From Fidelibacterota bacterium UBA2242 (GTDB lineage Bacteria > Fidelibacterota > UBA2242), in assembly GCA_002347855.1 (NCBI GenBank), contig DDYE01000017.1, forward strand, positions 271,685 through 335,684: a stretch of DNA of 64,000 nt, written 5' to 3'. A model generated the notes under the pieces. That model was not told where the DNA came from, made no database searches, and saw nothing but the letters and a program-made list of their open reading frames with translations. A program made the translations under genes and the position numbers. Position 1 is the stretch's first letter, and the number at the start of each line of letters is the position of its first letter. Positions 29,368 to 40,248 of the stretch are shown piece by piece.

Positions 29368-31483
29368 TTTATTTGTCCAATTTCACGGTTTTAGCATTTA
29401 TTATTTTGTTGCCTTTTTGATTGCTTTGGGGCTTTATCTCTATCTCTCTTTGAAGAACAAAAACAGTACTCCTCGAGCCATCGAACGCTGGCTGCTGATT
29501 CTGCGGACGATAACACTGACGCTGCTATTTTTTATAGCGCTGCAACCCGAAGTGCACTGGCAGAAGCAGCATAAAATTCCGCCCAAAGTCATTCTATCTC
29601 TCGATAACTCACTCAGCATCGCAGCCCAAAAGGGATTTCAGCGTGATAGCTTATTACACAATTTGGAAGTGCTCGAAGAACATCTTGCCAAAAGAAAAAT
29701 ACGAGTGGCAAAATTGGCTTTTGACGCTGAGATAAACGAAAATATCGATGATTTTAGTCGGCTGCATTTTGATGGAGTGGCGACCAATCTTTCTGCCGTC
29801 TTAAAAAGGTTTCAAGAATCGACGGATGAAGATAATTATTTAGGAGCAATTTTAATCACGGATGGCATTGCAACCCGCGGCGAAGATCCTTTGTCTTTGA
29901 ACTTCCATCCGCGCTTTCCGGTTTTTACGGTCGGTGTTGGTGACAGTACGCCTCTATTCGACCCGCGGGTAACGAATTTAGAAATGCCACTTGTAGCAAC
30001 GACTTCTGATACCGTAAAAATAATGACCGAGATAATCCCTCTGGGTAGTGGTGAACTCCTCGATGTAGTGCTGCAGTTAGACAACAAAGTCAGCCAACGG
30101 CACTCCATTGCTACTCAGAATCGAGATTTTCGTCAGGCGGATGAATTCTGCCTGGTTATCAATAAACCGGGCATCCATAAAATCAAAGTTGCCATCCAGC
30201 CCAGGAATGACATAAATCCGTATAATAACTGGTCAGAGAGCACGATTCGAATCAATACCGATAAAATCAATATCGTATTAATTGATGGCAGTGGTTCTTT
30301 CGAGGGTAAATTTCTAAAAACTACACTTGGGCGAATGCCTGTAGTGAACGTTATTAACTTAATTCAAACTCAGAAAAATTATATTCCGATACCTTTATCG
30401 GCAGTCCTACCGCGTAAATGGCAGGGCTTGGTCTTAATTGGTTATCCCACTACTAATACTGAGGTCGGTGATTTGACTAAGCTCAAGCGCAAAATTGCTG
30501 CGGAAAAAATTCCGCTCTGGTTTATCATCAATGAGCAAACCGATTTGAACAAGCTAGCAATACTGAGTGGTGAACCGATTTTGCAGGAGATTGTGATAAA
30601 TAAAAGTTCCGAGTCAGTGAATGTCAATTTCAATGAAAGCAATCGGTCACATTCACTCCTTCAAAATATCGGCCTGTATTTTGGTTCTACGCGGGACCTG
30701 GCGAACTTACCGCCATTGGGCATGCCATTTAAAAAGGTAAAACTTGACCCTGACTGGCAGGTTCTTATAAGAGCGGCACCGCCTTACGACTCGCCCATAA
30801 TCGCTTGTCGAGAAACTGGTTTGGTGCGGCAGTCTCTTTATTTAGGCAATGATTTCTGGCGCTGGCAATTCATGAGCGGGGAAGAGAGTGGCTTTTATGA
30901 TGAGTTAGTTAGAAGTACTTTAAGCTGGCTCAGCGATACTTTAAGCCAATCGAATGTACTCCTTTCTATGAATCGGGAAGTATTTTTAAAAGGTGAGGTC
31001 TTAGAAATCGGTGCGCAGGTGTTCGATTTGAAAGGCAAATCTCTTTCCCATGCTTCTGTCGTCGCTAAAATAATCGATGCTAAGGAAGATGCGGTGCTAA
31101 TTCCACTGCAATGGGATGGCTCCCGCTACCTCGGCGAATATCTCTGCGCAGCGGATGGTGAATTTAAACTGCAGCTGAACGCGACGGTTGGTAGTTTCAC
31201 TTATAAGCAGCCGGAACGAATTTTCAAGGTGACTGACCAACCTATTGAACTAATGCAATTGAGGCAAAATGCAGGAGTACTGCACTCGCTTGCCCAGCGT
31301 TCCGGTGGTGAATTAATTAATCCAGTTGGTATGATGAATCTTGCGGATCGCTTTACTTATAAGGAGAAAATCATCACCGTCCAACAAACCCTTAAGTTGT
31401 GGCGTTCAGGAGGAATGTTAATTCTGCTGATGATTTTACTGGTTGGTGAGTGGGTATTAAGACGGCGCTTTGGCTTTCAATAA
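29360..31483 (+). CDS. Membrane-anchored vWA-domain protein (BatA/BatB-like, N-terminal double-TM and C-terminal TM)
   Basis: Two N-terminal TM helices, a MIDAS-like LDNSLS (DxSxS) motif at aa 81-86, and a C-terminal TM helix. Overlaps the tsaD stop by 8 nt. Confidence 0.6.
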   Translation: MTNLFVQFHGFSIYYFVAFLIALGLYLYLSLKNKNSTPRAIERWLLILRTITLTLLFFIALQPEVHWQKQHKIPPKVILSLDNSLSIAAQKGFQRDSLLHNLEVLEEHLAKRKIRVAKLAFDAEINENIDDFSRLHFDGVATNLSAVLKRFQESTDEDNYLGAILITDGIATRGEDPLSLNFHPRFPVFTVGVGDSTPLFDPRVTNLEMPLVATTSDTVKIMTEIIPLGSGELLDVVLQLDNKVSQRHSIATQNRDFRQADEFCLVINKPGIHKIKVAIQPRNDINPYNNWSESTIRINTDKINIVLIDGSGSFEGKFLKTTLGRMPVVNVINLIQTQKNYIPIPLSAVLPRKWQGLVLIGYPTTNTEVGDLTKLKRKIAAEKIPLWFIINEQTDLNKLAILSGEPILQEIVINKSSESVNVNFNESNRSHSLLQNIGLYFGSTRDLANLPPLGMPFKKVKLDPDWQVLIRAAPPYDSPIIACRETGLVRQSLYLGNDFWRWQFMSGEESGFYDELVRSTLSWLSDTLSQSNVLLSMNREVFLKGEVLEIGAQVFDLKGKSLSHASVVAKIIDAKEDAVLIPLQWDGSRYLGEYLCAADGEFKLQLNATVGSFTYKQPERIFKVTDQPIELMQLRQNAGVLHSLAQRSGGELINPVGMMNLADRFTYKEKIITVQQTLKLWRSGGMLILLMILLVGEWVLRRRFGFQ

Positions 31484-31643
31484 AAAATCCTTGCCCTTTA
31501 TGCTGGAGTTAATATAATTTCAAACGTGAAAACTACATTATGGCAAAACAAGGTCGGTCAGTAGTAATATAGAGAAGTTGCTAGTAAGTAACACGCCATC
31601 AATTCAATAAAAAAAATCTCTAAACATTTTTGGGAGGCAACTT

Positions 31644-32966
31644 ATGAAGAAGATCGCAATGGTAGGGGTTGGTTATGTCGGTTTAGTATCAGGGACCGGC
31701 TTGGCAGATTTTGGTAATGAAGTTATTTGTGTGGATATTGACGAGGACAAAATTGAGCGCCTGAAAAAAGGTATAATTCCTATTTACGAGCCCGGCTTGG
31801 CAGATTTGGTCAAAAAGAATGTGGAAAAGGGTCGTCTGAGCTTTACAACTAATTTCGTCAAAGCCATCGAACAGTCGGAAGTCATTTTCTTAGCGGTGCC
31901 AACTCCCTCAGCGCCCAATGGCGAAGTCGATTTATCCTACATCTTCAACGCTGTTGATACCATTGCAAAACACTTAAGAAGTTATAAAATCATCGTAACC
32001 AAAAGCACGGTGGAAGTCGGGACGAATGACAAAATTCGTCAGTATCTCATAGAGCATGGTGTTTCTGAAGATTTATTCGATGTGGTTTCCAATCCGGAAT
32101 TTTTACGGGAGGGTTCGGCTGTCGATGATTTCATGCGTCCTGACCGCGTCGTTATTGGTACCAGTTCTCCTAAAGCACTGGAAGTCATGCGCGAGATCTA
32201 TCGCACGTTGTATTTAATCGAGACACCAATTGTTGCCACCGACATTCGAACAGCGGAAATGATAAAGTATGCCTCCAATGCTTTTCTGGCTACTAAAATT
32301 TCTTTCATCAACGAAGTTGCCAACCTGTGTGAATTAGTCGGAGCCGATGTTCAGGTTGTGGCGAAAGCAATGGGACTGGATGGTCGTATTGGGAAGAAAT
32401 TTTTACACGCTGGACCAGGATTTGGCGGTTCTTGTTTTCCCAAAGATACCCTGGCTCTAACCAAGATTGCCGAACGGGCTGGGATGCGCGCCACGATTGT
32501 CGAAGCTGTCGTTGCCGTCAATAATAAACAGAAGAAGAGAGTCGTCGAGAAATTGCTGAAATATTTGCCTGATATCAAGAATAAGACAATTGGTATTCTG
32601 GGCTTGGCATTTAAACCCAACACGGATGATGTGCGCGAATCACCGGCTCTGACGGTAATTCAGGAAATCCTGGAGCGCGGTGGCGAAATCAAAGCCTACG
32701 ACCCCGAAGCAATGCACGAAATGCGCAAACATTTTCCTCAAATAACTTATGTAGCCTCGACTGAAGATGCCGTGAAAGGGGTTGATGCTCTCATTATCTT
32801 GACCGAATGGAACGAATTCCGTAATCTCGATTTAAATTATCTGAAGAGTCTCATGAAACGACCGATCTTGATTGACGCGCGCAACATTTACAGTCCTGAA
32901 AAAGTCCTGACGCTGGGATTTATCTATGACTGCATCGGGCGAAAAATCGAAAATAAAGTACAATAA
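31644..32966 (+). CDS. ugd: UDP-glucose 6-dehydrogenase family
   Basis: MVGVGYVGLVSG is the NAD-binding motif and GFGGSCFPKD contains the catalytic Cys. 440 aa. Confidence 0.88.
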   Translation: MKKIAMVGVGYVGLVSGTGLADFGNEVICVDIDEDKIERLKKGIIPIYEPGLADLVKKNVEKGRLSFTTNFVKAIEQSEVIFLAVPTPSAPNGEVDLSYIFNAVDTIAKHLRSYKIIVTKSTVEVGTNDKIRQYLIEHGVSEDLFDVVSNPEFLREGSAVDDFMRPDRVVIGTSSPKALEVMREIYRTLYLIETPIVATDIRTAEMIKYASNAFLATKISFINEVANLCELVGADVQVVAKAMGLDGRIGKKFLHAGPGFGGSCFPKDTLALTKIAERAGMRATIVEAVVAVNNKQKKRVVEKLLKYLPDIKNKTIGILGLAFKPNTDDVRESPALTVIQEILERGGEIKAYDPEAMHEMRKHFPQITYVASTEDAVKGVDALIILTEWNEFRNLDLNYLKSLMKRPILIDARNIYSPEKVLTLGFIYDCIGRKIENKVQ

Positions 32967-32977
32967 TAAACGGTGGG

Positions 32978-34009
32978 ATGAATATGAACCGGGAAGGGAA
33001 AATGGTCTATCTGGTTACGGGTGGGGCTGGTTTCATCGGTAGTAATTACATTCATTATCTTTTTCGGCGCTACCAGAATATCAAGGTCATTAATCTTGAT
33101 AAATTGACTTATGCTGGAAACTTAGCCAATCTGACTGACCTGGAAAGTAATCCTGACTATATTTTCGTCAAAGGTGACATCTGTGACCCAGCAGTAGTAC
33201 ACCAGATATTTCTTGATTATCGTCCTAATTATGTCGTGAATTTTGCGGCTGAAAGCCATGTTGACCGAAGCATCGGTAAGCCCGATGATTTTATCCGTAC
33301 CGATATGTTTGGAGTTTTTATTTTGCTGGAAGCAGCCAAGGAATTTGGCATTGACCGCTTTATTCAAATCAGCACTGATGAGGTGTATGGTTCGATTCTC
33401 AGCGGTTCTTTTACGGAAGAGTCAACCCTGCGACCGAGTAATCCCTATTCTGCTAGCAAAGCCGGCGGCGATCGTCTGGCATATTCATATTTTGCTACCT
33501 ATGGTTTGCCGGTAATTGTGACCCGAGCCTCAAATAATTACGGACCCTATCAATATCCTGAAAAGTTGATTCCTCTCTTTGTAACTAACGCCATCGAAGA
33601 CAAACCCTTACCGCTTTACGGTGATGGAAAAAACATTCGTGACTGGTTATTTGTCGAAGATCACTGTGACGCTATTGAATTTATCTTGCGGAATGGCAAG
33701 AATGGCGAAGTTTATAACATTGCTGGTGGTAGTGAAAAAGAAAATATCGAAATCACAAACCTCATTTTGGAGTTAGTTGGCAAACCTAAAAACTTAATCA
33801 GATATGTGCCAGACCGAATCGGACATGACCGGCGCTATTCACTGGATGCTACGAAATTAAAAAATTTAGGCTGGCAAGCGAGTCACAATTTCCGAGAAGC
33901 AATCGAATTAACAGTTAATTGGTATATCGAACATCCCGAATGGTGGAAACCACTCAAGAGCGGCGAATATCTCGAGTTTTATAAAAAACATTATAAAATG
34001 GAGCTGTGA
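32978..34009 (+). CDS. rfbB: dTDP-glucose 4,6-dehydratase
   Basis: VTGGAGFIGSN, STDEVYG, YSASKAGGD, HDRRYSLD. An alternative start at 33002 gives MVYLVTGG. Confidence 0.9.
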   Translation: MNMNREGKMVYLVTGGAGFIGSNYIHYLFRRYQNIKVINLDKLTYAGNLANLTDLESNPDYIFVKGDICDPAVVHQIFLDYRPNYVVNFAAESHVDRSIGKPDDFIRTDMFGVFILLEAAKEFGIDRFIQISTDEVYGSILSGSFTEESTLRPSNPYSASKAGGDRLAYSYFATYGLPVIVTRASNNYGPYQYPEKLIPLFVTNAIEDKPLPLYGDGKNIRDWLFVEDHCDAIEFILRNGKNGEVYNIAGGSEKENIEITNLILELVGKPKNLIRYVPDRIGHDRRYSLDATKLKNLGWQASHNFREAIELTVNWYIEHPEWWKPLKSGEYLEFYKKHYKMEL

Positions 34010-35652
34010 AAAAATTGATAAAAAGCCGTTTTTCAATCGCTTTGCTTTGTGTCCTGACATTTGCTAAGGCCCAAACTTATTTTCCAAGTTCTAACCTTTC
34101 CCAAATAAGCTCAAGCTTGGGGTTACGAACACAGACGACGGGGGCTTATGAACGTTTAACGCCGGGTGATTATCAATCCATCGACGAAAATGAGTATCAG
34201 ATAGACGCGGGTGATGAACTGACAGTCAAAATTGACCCACCCGGTCCTGAGATTAAGACATACTCTGTCAAAATAACGTCGGATGGCTACTTCGTTGTCC
34301 CAGACGCTCCTGGAATTTATCTGCGCGGTATGAAGTTGTGTGATGCCCGCCAAAAGGTCAGTAGTCATTTAAAAAAATATTGTCCCGATTCCGAAGTCGA
34401 ATTCTATCTGGAAAAAGTTCACCCCATTAAAATCAATCTTACTGGTGCTCTCGAAATTGTCAAGGATTGGAATCTGAATTCAGGCTATCGCTTGTTCGAT
34501 TTTTTAGAGCAACTGATTACCGTCTATCGCAACGACTCGCTCCTCAATCTAAAATTGAATCAGGCCTCTTTACGTAATGTCAGCCTCAAACAATCCGATA
34601 CCACTTATTCTTTTGATTGGTGGGCGTATCGAACTGAGTTAACCCAACAACCAAACCCCTATTTGAGAGATAACGATTTAATCAATATTCCTTATCGTGA
34701 TACAAGTTACTATTTGATAAGTATTGCCGGAGCGGTAGGCAATGAGACTAAGTTTGAATTTAAACCGGGTGATGATTTACATACTGCGTTGACTTTTGCC
34801 GGTAGCGTACTTCCATCGGCCGATTCTAATCGGATTGAAGTATACCGTTTTAAAGGAAAGAGTGACCAGTTCGATATTCTGACTCTCCAGATACCTCGGG
34901 ATTTGCATTTTTTGCTCCTTCCTGATGACAGGATTTATGTACGGACTAAACCGCTGTTTCATTCCAAGGCTTTTGTCATTATGACTGGAGAGCTCAAGTA
35001 TCCCGGAATTTATCCAATCGAAGAGGACCGCACAACTTTGTCCGAAGTGGTCCGGCAGGCAGGTGGTTTTTCACCTTATGCTTCAATTAAACACGCGCGC
35101 TTATATCGCATTTTAGGAGTACCCGGTGGGGCAGAACTGCGGAAATTGATTCAATCCATGCCCCAATCAATGTCTTTAAGCTGGATTGAAGGCAATTTCT
35201 GGCGCTCGGCTGCTAAAGAGAATCTCAGCATTGTTGCCTGCGATTTTGAAAAACTGTTTAATCAGAAGGATAAATCCCAGGAAGTGGTCTTGAAAAACCT
35301 GGATAAGATTTTTGTGCCTTCGACCCAATCATTTGTCTTTGTAACCGGTGCGGTGGTCAATCCAGGAACAGTCCCCTATGTCCCTAACTGGACTTATCGG
35401 GATTATATTCGTGCAGCTGGAGGAGCGAAAAATCGTGCCCGACTTGGACGTATCAAAGTCATAAAGCATAATACCGAGACTTGGTTGGATGTTAAACAAG
35501 CCAAGGAAATCGAACCGGGTGACCGCATTTTTATACCCCTAAAAGACGAACAAGAACCGTGGACGATTTTTATGCAAGGATTGACAGTTGTGACCCAAAT
35601 TATAACGATTATTATCGTGTTACGCAATATTAATCCAAAGGTGACCGGATGA
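34006..35652 (+). CDS. Polysaccharide export protein (Wza-like, multiple SLBB-type domains, C-terminal helix)
   Basis: GTGA overlap with rfbB. Signal peptide, Y.I..GD.L.V motif (YQIDAGDELTV), repeated soluble-ligand-binding beta-grasp modules, and a hydrophobic C-terminal helix. Confidence 0.78.
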   Translation: MKKLIKSRFSIALLCVLTFAKAQTYFPSSNLSQISSSLGLRTQTTGAYERLTPGDYQSIDENEYQIDAGDELTVKIDPPGPEIKTYSVKITSDGYFVVPDAPGIYLRGMKLCDARQKVSSHLKKYCPDSEVEFYLEKVHPIKINLTGALEIVKDWNLNSGYRLFDFLEQLITVYRNDSLLNLKLNQASLRNVSLKQSDTTYSFDWWAYRTELTQQPNPYLRDNDLINIPYRDTSYYLISIAGAVGNETKFEFKPGDDLHTALTFAGSVLPSADSNRIEVYRFKGKSDQFDILTLQIPRDLHFLLLPDDRIYVRTKPLFHSKAFVIMTGELKYPGIYPIEEDRTTLSEVVRQAGGFSPYASIKHARLYRILGVPGGAELRKLIQSMPQSMSLSWIEGNFWRSAAKENLSIVACDFEKLFNQKDKSQEVVLKNLDKIFVPSTQSFVFVTGAVVNPGTVPYVPNWTYRDYIRAAGGAKNRARLGRIKVIKHNTETWLDVKQAKEIEPGDRIFIPLKDEQEPWTIFMQGLTVVTQIITIIIVLRNINPKVTG

Positions 35653-36635
35653 ATGAACATGCAGTAAGACACCCGTTAATTTTCTTCATTTGGCGTCATT
35701 GGTTGCGCAATTTTCTAATTTATATTTTAATTTGTATAGCAATTTTTATCAAGATTTTCTTCTATACAGATAAGGAGTATACCGCCAGTTTGACGATTAT
35801 ACCCAGCGCTGCCAATTTTGCTTCTGGCATAAGTGGACAGGTCGGTGTATTAGCCGGTCTGGCGGGTATTAATCTTGCTAATATCTCCGGTCAGAGCCAG
35901 GAAATGTATAAGGGAATTTTGACTTCACGGCGGTTATTGACGACAGTGTTATTTGATTCATTTACCGTTAGTAATCCAACCTTACCGCAAAAAGCTCGCC
36001 TGATTGACTATCTTGATATAGAAGGGCGTGACGGGCGGGATTCTCTGGAAAAAGCCCTAAAAAAATGCAATGAAGAGGTACTCGGAATTGGTATCAATGC
36101 TGATAATAATATACTAAACCTATCTGTTACCCTGCGCGATCCCTTTCTTGCCGCTGCAGTTGCCAATCGTATGGTAATATTACTCGATGAGATCGTCCAG
36201 AAGCAGGTTCAGCGAGAATATCGCGAACAGTTTAATTATCTGACATCGCGTCTGGCTGAAACGGAAAGCAACCTGAAAGTTGCGGAAGAGAAATTGAAAA
36301 ATTTCCTGGAAAATGTACGTAATCCTAATTTACCTTCTAATCAGGTCGAAGAATTGCGCTTACGGCGGGAATTAGAATTACAATCGGTTATTTATGCCGA
36401 GCTGCAAAAACAGAAAGAGACACTGATTTTGCAGAATATGATAAACCTCAGCCATATCAAAATCCTCGACCATGCCATTCCACCGTACCGTAAGAGTAAA
36501 CCCAAGCGGGCTTTGATGCTAATAAGCTTAAGTTGTTTGGCTGCGGTTGGGTTGATAGGTGTTAATGGGAGCCTCTTAATTTATCGGAAACTTAAGCAGG
36601 ATTTTAATCACAGTCAGCTTGAACTTGAAAAATAA
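35649..36635 (+). CDS. Wzz-like chain-length determinant (no kinase domain)
   Basis: N-terminal TM helix followed by YTASLTIIPS, a long coiled-coil periplasmic region, KPKRAL, and a C-terminal TM helix. Confidence 0.75.
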   Translation: MNEHAVRHPLIFFIWRHWLRNFLIYILICIAIFIKIFFYTDKEYTASLTIIPSAANFASGISGQVGVLAGLAGINLANISGQSQEMYKGILTSRRLLTTVLFDSFTVSNPTLPQKARLIDYLDIEGRDGRDSLEKALKKCNEEVLGIGINADNNILNLSVTLRDPFLAAAVANRMVILLDEIVQKQVQREYREQFNYLTSRLAETESNLKVAEEKLKNFLENVRNPNLPSNQVEELRLRRELELQSVIYAELQKQKETLILQNMINLSHIKILDHAIPPYRKSKPKRALMLISLSCLAAVGLIGVNGSLLIYRKLKQDFNHSQLELEK

Positions 36636-37923
36636 CCATTTCCGGCAATATCTCAACAATCGGGAATACCGCAAATTGGCATTTAACTTTACCAATTTTG
36701 GGGTATTTCAGGTCATTAATTATATAATTCCCTTAGTAGTCATTCCATATATTGTACGCGTCATTGGAGTTGAGAAGTTTGGTATCATAAGCTTTGCTCA
36801 AGCTATTTGCTACTATCTACTGATTGTTGTTGAGTATGGTTTTACAATAACTGGTGTCCAACTAATTGCCCAAAATCGTCATAATCAAGCCAAACAGTCT
36901 GAGATATTTTCATCGATAATTATTATTCAAATATTGCTTATGATACTTGGCTTGGCTCTCATCGGGTTAGGAGCACTCCTTTTTCAAGAGGTGCGCCAAT
37001 ATTTTTTGATTTATCTTTTTTCCTATTTGTTGATTCCAGGACAAATAATGGTCGCCCTCTGGTTTTTTATCGGGGTAGAGGAGATGCAGTATCTCAATTA
37101 TGTTAATCTCATTGCCCGCTTAAGCTATATTGCCTTAGTATTTTTATTAGTTCATCACGAAAGTGACTATCCTCGGATTCCTTTGCTTAATGGCATTTCC
37201 TATATTCTGGGAGGGATTTTTAGTCTGGGATTTATCTTTCGCAAATTTAAAATCCGTTTGCAACTGGTTGGAATAGATAAACTGTGGTTTTATTTAAAAG
37301 ACGGGTGGCATCTCTTTGTATCCAATTTTGCTATTAACTTATATCGTAACTCAAATGTAGTCCTCCTCGGTCTGGTCGCCAGTAAAGAGGTTGTCGGCAT
37401 TTATAGTGCTGGTGAGAAAGTAATAAAAGTATTTCAGTCGGTATTTACTCCAATTACACAGACTCTATTTCCATATTTCTCGCGAATTAAAACATCTCAT
37501 CCTGAACGGAGTTTACGATCTATTAAGCTCTTATTAAGAGTTATGTCGCTATTTGCAGGGACGATTACTGTTCTATTAATGCTGGGAGCCAAGCCCTTGA
37601 CAATCCTCATTCTGGGTAAAAGTTTTCTATCCGCCCAGGCAATAATTAAAATCACAGCCGCGGTAGTAACTCTGGGTGTCTTGAATTACATCCTGGGCAT
37701 TATATTTATGACCAATTACGGTCTAAAGCGTGAATTTTCACGGAGTGTTCTTTTGACGGGTGTGTTCAATCTCTTTATTTGTCTCGGACTGTCCTATTTT
37801 TGTCAAGCTATAGGCGCAGCCATAGCCTTCACGGCTGCGGAATTTTTTCTCTTTACTCTTTTAGTTTATTTTATCTTGCGTAATAAATCAAAATGGATGC
37901 AGACTGATGATTTCCAAAGTTGA
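36619..37923 (+). CDS. wzx: Wzx-type (MOP superfamily) polysaccharide flippase
   Basis: About 12 TM helices. The N-terminus ...VINYIIPLVVIPYIVRVIGVEKFGIISFAQ is typical of O-unit flippases. The TTG start is uncertain. Confidence 0.75.
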   Translation: MNLKNNHFRQYLNNREYRKLAFNFTNFGVFQVINYIIPLVVIPYIVRVIGVEKFGIISFAQAICYYLLIVVEYGFTITGVQLIAQNRHNQAKQSEIFSSIIIIQILLMILGLALIGLGALLFQEVRQYFLIYLFSYLLIPGQIMVALWFFIGVEEMQYLNYVNLIARLSYIALVFLLVHHESDYPRIPLLNGISYILGGIFSLGFIFRKFKIRLQLVGIDKLWFYLKDGWHLFVSNFAINLYRNSNVVLLGLVASKEVVGIYSAGEKVIKVFQSVFTPITQTLFPYFSRIKTSHPERSLRSIKLLLRVMSLFAGTITVLLMLGAKPLTILILGKSFLSAQAIIKITAAVVTLGVLNYILGIIFMTNYGLKREFSRSVLLTGVFNLFICLGLSYFCQAIGAAIAFTAAEFFLFTLLVYFILRNKSKWMQTDDFQS

Positions 37924-38971
37924 GCCACTCGTAACTATTATCATCTTAAACTGGAATAAATGGCAAGATACAGTCGAATGTCTCGCAAGCTTGAGCCATC
38001 TTACTTATCCTAATTATCGTATTGTGCTGGTCGATAATAATTCACTTAATGATTCTGTGACTCAGATAAAGGCTTTCTTAACGGGTCAGAGAGTGGAAGG
38101 CATTCAGACTCATTTCTCTCAATTGGTTGAAAGACCCGATATGACCAAACTGCAATTCATGATTCAAAAGATTGATAATTACCCATTCGATTATTCCTCT
38201 TTTCAAGATGACAGCGGGCAACATTTATGGTTGTTGCTTTCGGAAAACCTTGGTTTTGCGCGGGCAAATAACTTAGCAATTGCAATAGCTAGCCAGCTCT
38301 ATAACCCGGATTATTTCTTTTTGTTGAACAATGATACTGTCGTTGAACCTGATGCCGTGACGCATTTAGTGACGGCTATGACTTCCGACGCGACGATTGC
38401 CGCGGCGCAACCGGTCATTTACTATTATTCTAATCCCGTTCAGATTGCCAATGCGGGAGGCATAATTTTGCCCTGGGGACAGACACGCTATTATACCAAA
38501 ATTAGAGCCCATACCTGGCAGAAAATTACGTTCATCAATGGTTGTGCCCTTTTTTTACGTCGAGAAACTATCGAAAAGTTCGGCGCACTCACCGAGCGTT
38601 TCTTTTTTGCGGAAGAGGATTTTGAATATAGTCTACGCTTAAAACGGCAGCGTGCCAGGGCAATTTGTGTTGCTGATAGTAAGATATATCATAAAATCGG
38701 AGCATCAGAGATTGCACAAAATATTGAACGGAAAGTGGTTTTATTTGCCGTCAACCGGCTGGTTGACCTGAAACATTACTATGTGCCTATTATCTGGCGT
38801 TTCTGGGCAAGCCTTAGTTTGCTCTATTTCTGGGGTCTCTTGTTTTTTAAATATCGGGTTGGCTGGAAAAAGTCTGCTAATCTAATTTCTGAAGCCAGGC
38901 AATGGGTTCATCAAGTTTCTGAAGTTGATAAAGATACGGTTATGGCAATTCTCCGAAGGGGCGTTCAGTGA
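37907..38971 (+). CDS. Family 2 glycosyltransferase
   Basis: VTIIILNWNKWQDTVECLASL...IVLVDNNSLNDS and the DxD-type LLNNDTVV motif. Confidence 0.82.
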   Translation: MISKVEPLVTIIILNWNKWQDTVECLASLSHLTYPNYRIVLVDNNSLNDSVTQIKAFLTGQRVEGIQTHFSQLVERPDMTKLQFMIQKIDNYPFDYSSFQDDSGQHLWLLLSENLGFARANNLAIAIASQLYNPDYFFLLNNDTVVEPDAVTHLVTAMTSDATIAAAQPVIYYYSNPVQIANAGGIILPWGQTRYYTKIRAHTWQKITFINGCALFLRRETIEKFGALTERFFFAEEDFEYSLRLKRQRARAICVADSKIYHKIGASEIAQNIERKVVLFAVNRLVDLKHYYVPIIWRFWASLSLLYFWGLLFFKYRVGWKKSANLISEARQWVHQVSEVDKDTVMAILRRGVQ

Positions 38972-40248
38972 TTTTACAACTCACCAGTTTAATGTTTGCG
39001 GGAATTGTAACCTGTCTGACAGTTTTTGATAAGCGTCGCCTTAATACTATTTTAACGCCCTTCACAGTAACTGCCTGGCCCTTTGTGATAATATCTTTGT
39101 TGGTCAATTTTGTTCTGGTTTTTCTACAATTCAAGCCAATGACTCTGCGGGTACATTTTTTTATTTTAGCGAATTTGCTCATCCTCTGGCTTAGTGGTTT
39201 TGTGCTTGCCTTTTTTGTCAATGGAGGCAACCAGAGATTAGATGAGACTCCTTTGAGCGCTATTTTCAAGGTGTTTGCATCTTACGAACTTTTTCTTGTG
39301 ACAGTTAGTTGGTTAATTATTGTTGTGACTCTCTATCGGGCTTATAGCCTGCTAAGGATTTATGGTGGATTTACCTTCTTAGGTGACTATCGTTTTGAAG
39401 AATTGATGATTGTTGGTCCCGTTGCCCATCTTGTGCAAGTTGGTAAGGTCTGTTTTCTTTTGCTCTGCTTTATTTATAAGAATTCTAAGCACAAAGTGTT
39501 AATTTGGTTGACGCTGGCTGGATTGTTCATTGCTATTGCTGCTATTCAGGTGAAATACCATCTGCTCTGGTTGTTAATCATAGCGTACTTTTTCTATTAC
39601 CTTGAGAAGCCGGTAAAACAGCAGGTCAAAAATTTACTTTTAGTTATGTTTAGTGTGATAGTAATTATGAATTTGTTCTGGATTCTGCTGACCTTAGCGT
39701 GGGGGACTTTCTCCATTTCCAGTCGAGGTATCCATGAATTTTTAATTAAACAGACCATGAATTATATTACAACCGGTCCAGTAGCCTTAGACCAGTGGTT
39801 ATCGCATGGAGACTGTAAGCCAGAGTGGACGCTTTTGCTCGTATTCCTGAATTTGAAAAATGTAATTATGGGTAATCCTCTCCGGTTAAGTGGTTTAAAC
39901 TATGTCAATCTGGGTTTTATCGAGACGGGTCCAGGTTTGAGTTCTAATGTTGGTACCGCGTACGGGGTATATTATCTCATTGGTGGCTGGGTGTTTACTC
40001 TTTTTATGACAACCATAGTTTCGCTTTTTTCATACTGGATATTTTACAAAACTCGGCAGCGGAAAAATCCTTACTTAGTATTTTTTAATCTTCTGGCATT
40101 AACCTTAGGAGTTTTGACTTTTTTCGTCCAGTATTTTACTCTCCTGTCACTTTACGAAATGACAGCAATCTATATGTTCTTAATTGCCGTTTTTCAGTTC
40201 TTGAATTATATGAAAGCCCAACAATTACCGATAGAGTTAAGCCATTGA
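38968..40248 (+). CDS. Wzy-like oligosaccharide repeat-unit polymerase (polytopic membrane protein)
   Basis: 426 aa with at least 10 TM helices and one larger loop. AT-rich, and located between glycosyltransferase genes. No soluble-domain motifs were seen. Confidence 0.55.
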   Translation: MILQLTSLMFAGIVTCLTVFDKRRLNTILTPFTVTAWPFVIISLLVNFVLVFLQFKPMTLRVHFFILANLLILWLSGFVLAFFVNGGNQRLDETPLSAIFKVFASYELFLVTVSWLIIVVTLYRAYSLLRIYGGFTFLGDYRFEELMIVGPVAHLVQVGKVCFLLLCFIYKNSKHKVLIWLTLAGLFIAIAAIQVKYHLLWLLIIAYFFYYLEKPVKQQVKNLLLVMFSVIVIMNLFWILLTLAWGTFSISSRGIHEFLIKQTMNYITTGPVALDQWLSHGDCKPEWTLLLVFLNLKNVIMGNPLRLSGLNYVNLGFIETGPGLSSNVGTAYGVYYLIGGWVFTLFMTTIVSLFSYWIFYKTRQRKNPYLVFFNLLALTLGVLTFFVQYFTLLSLYEMTAIYMFLIAVFQFLNYMKAQQLPIELSH

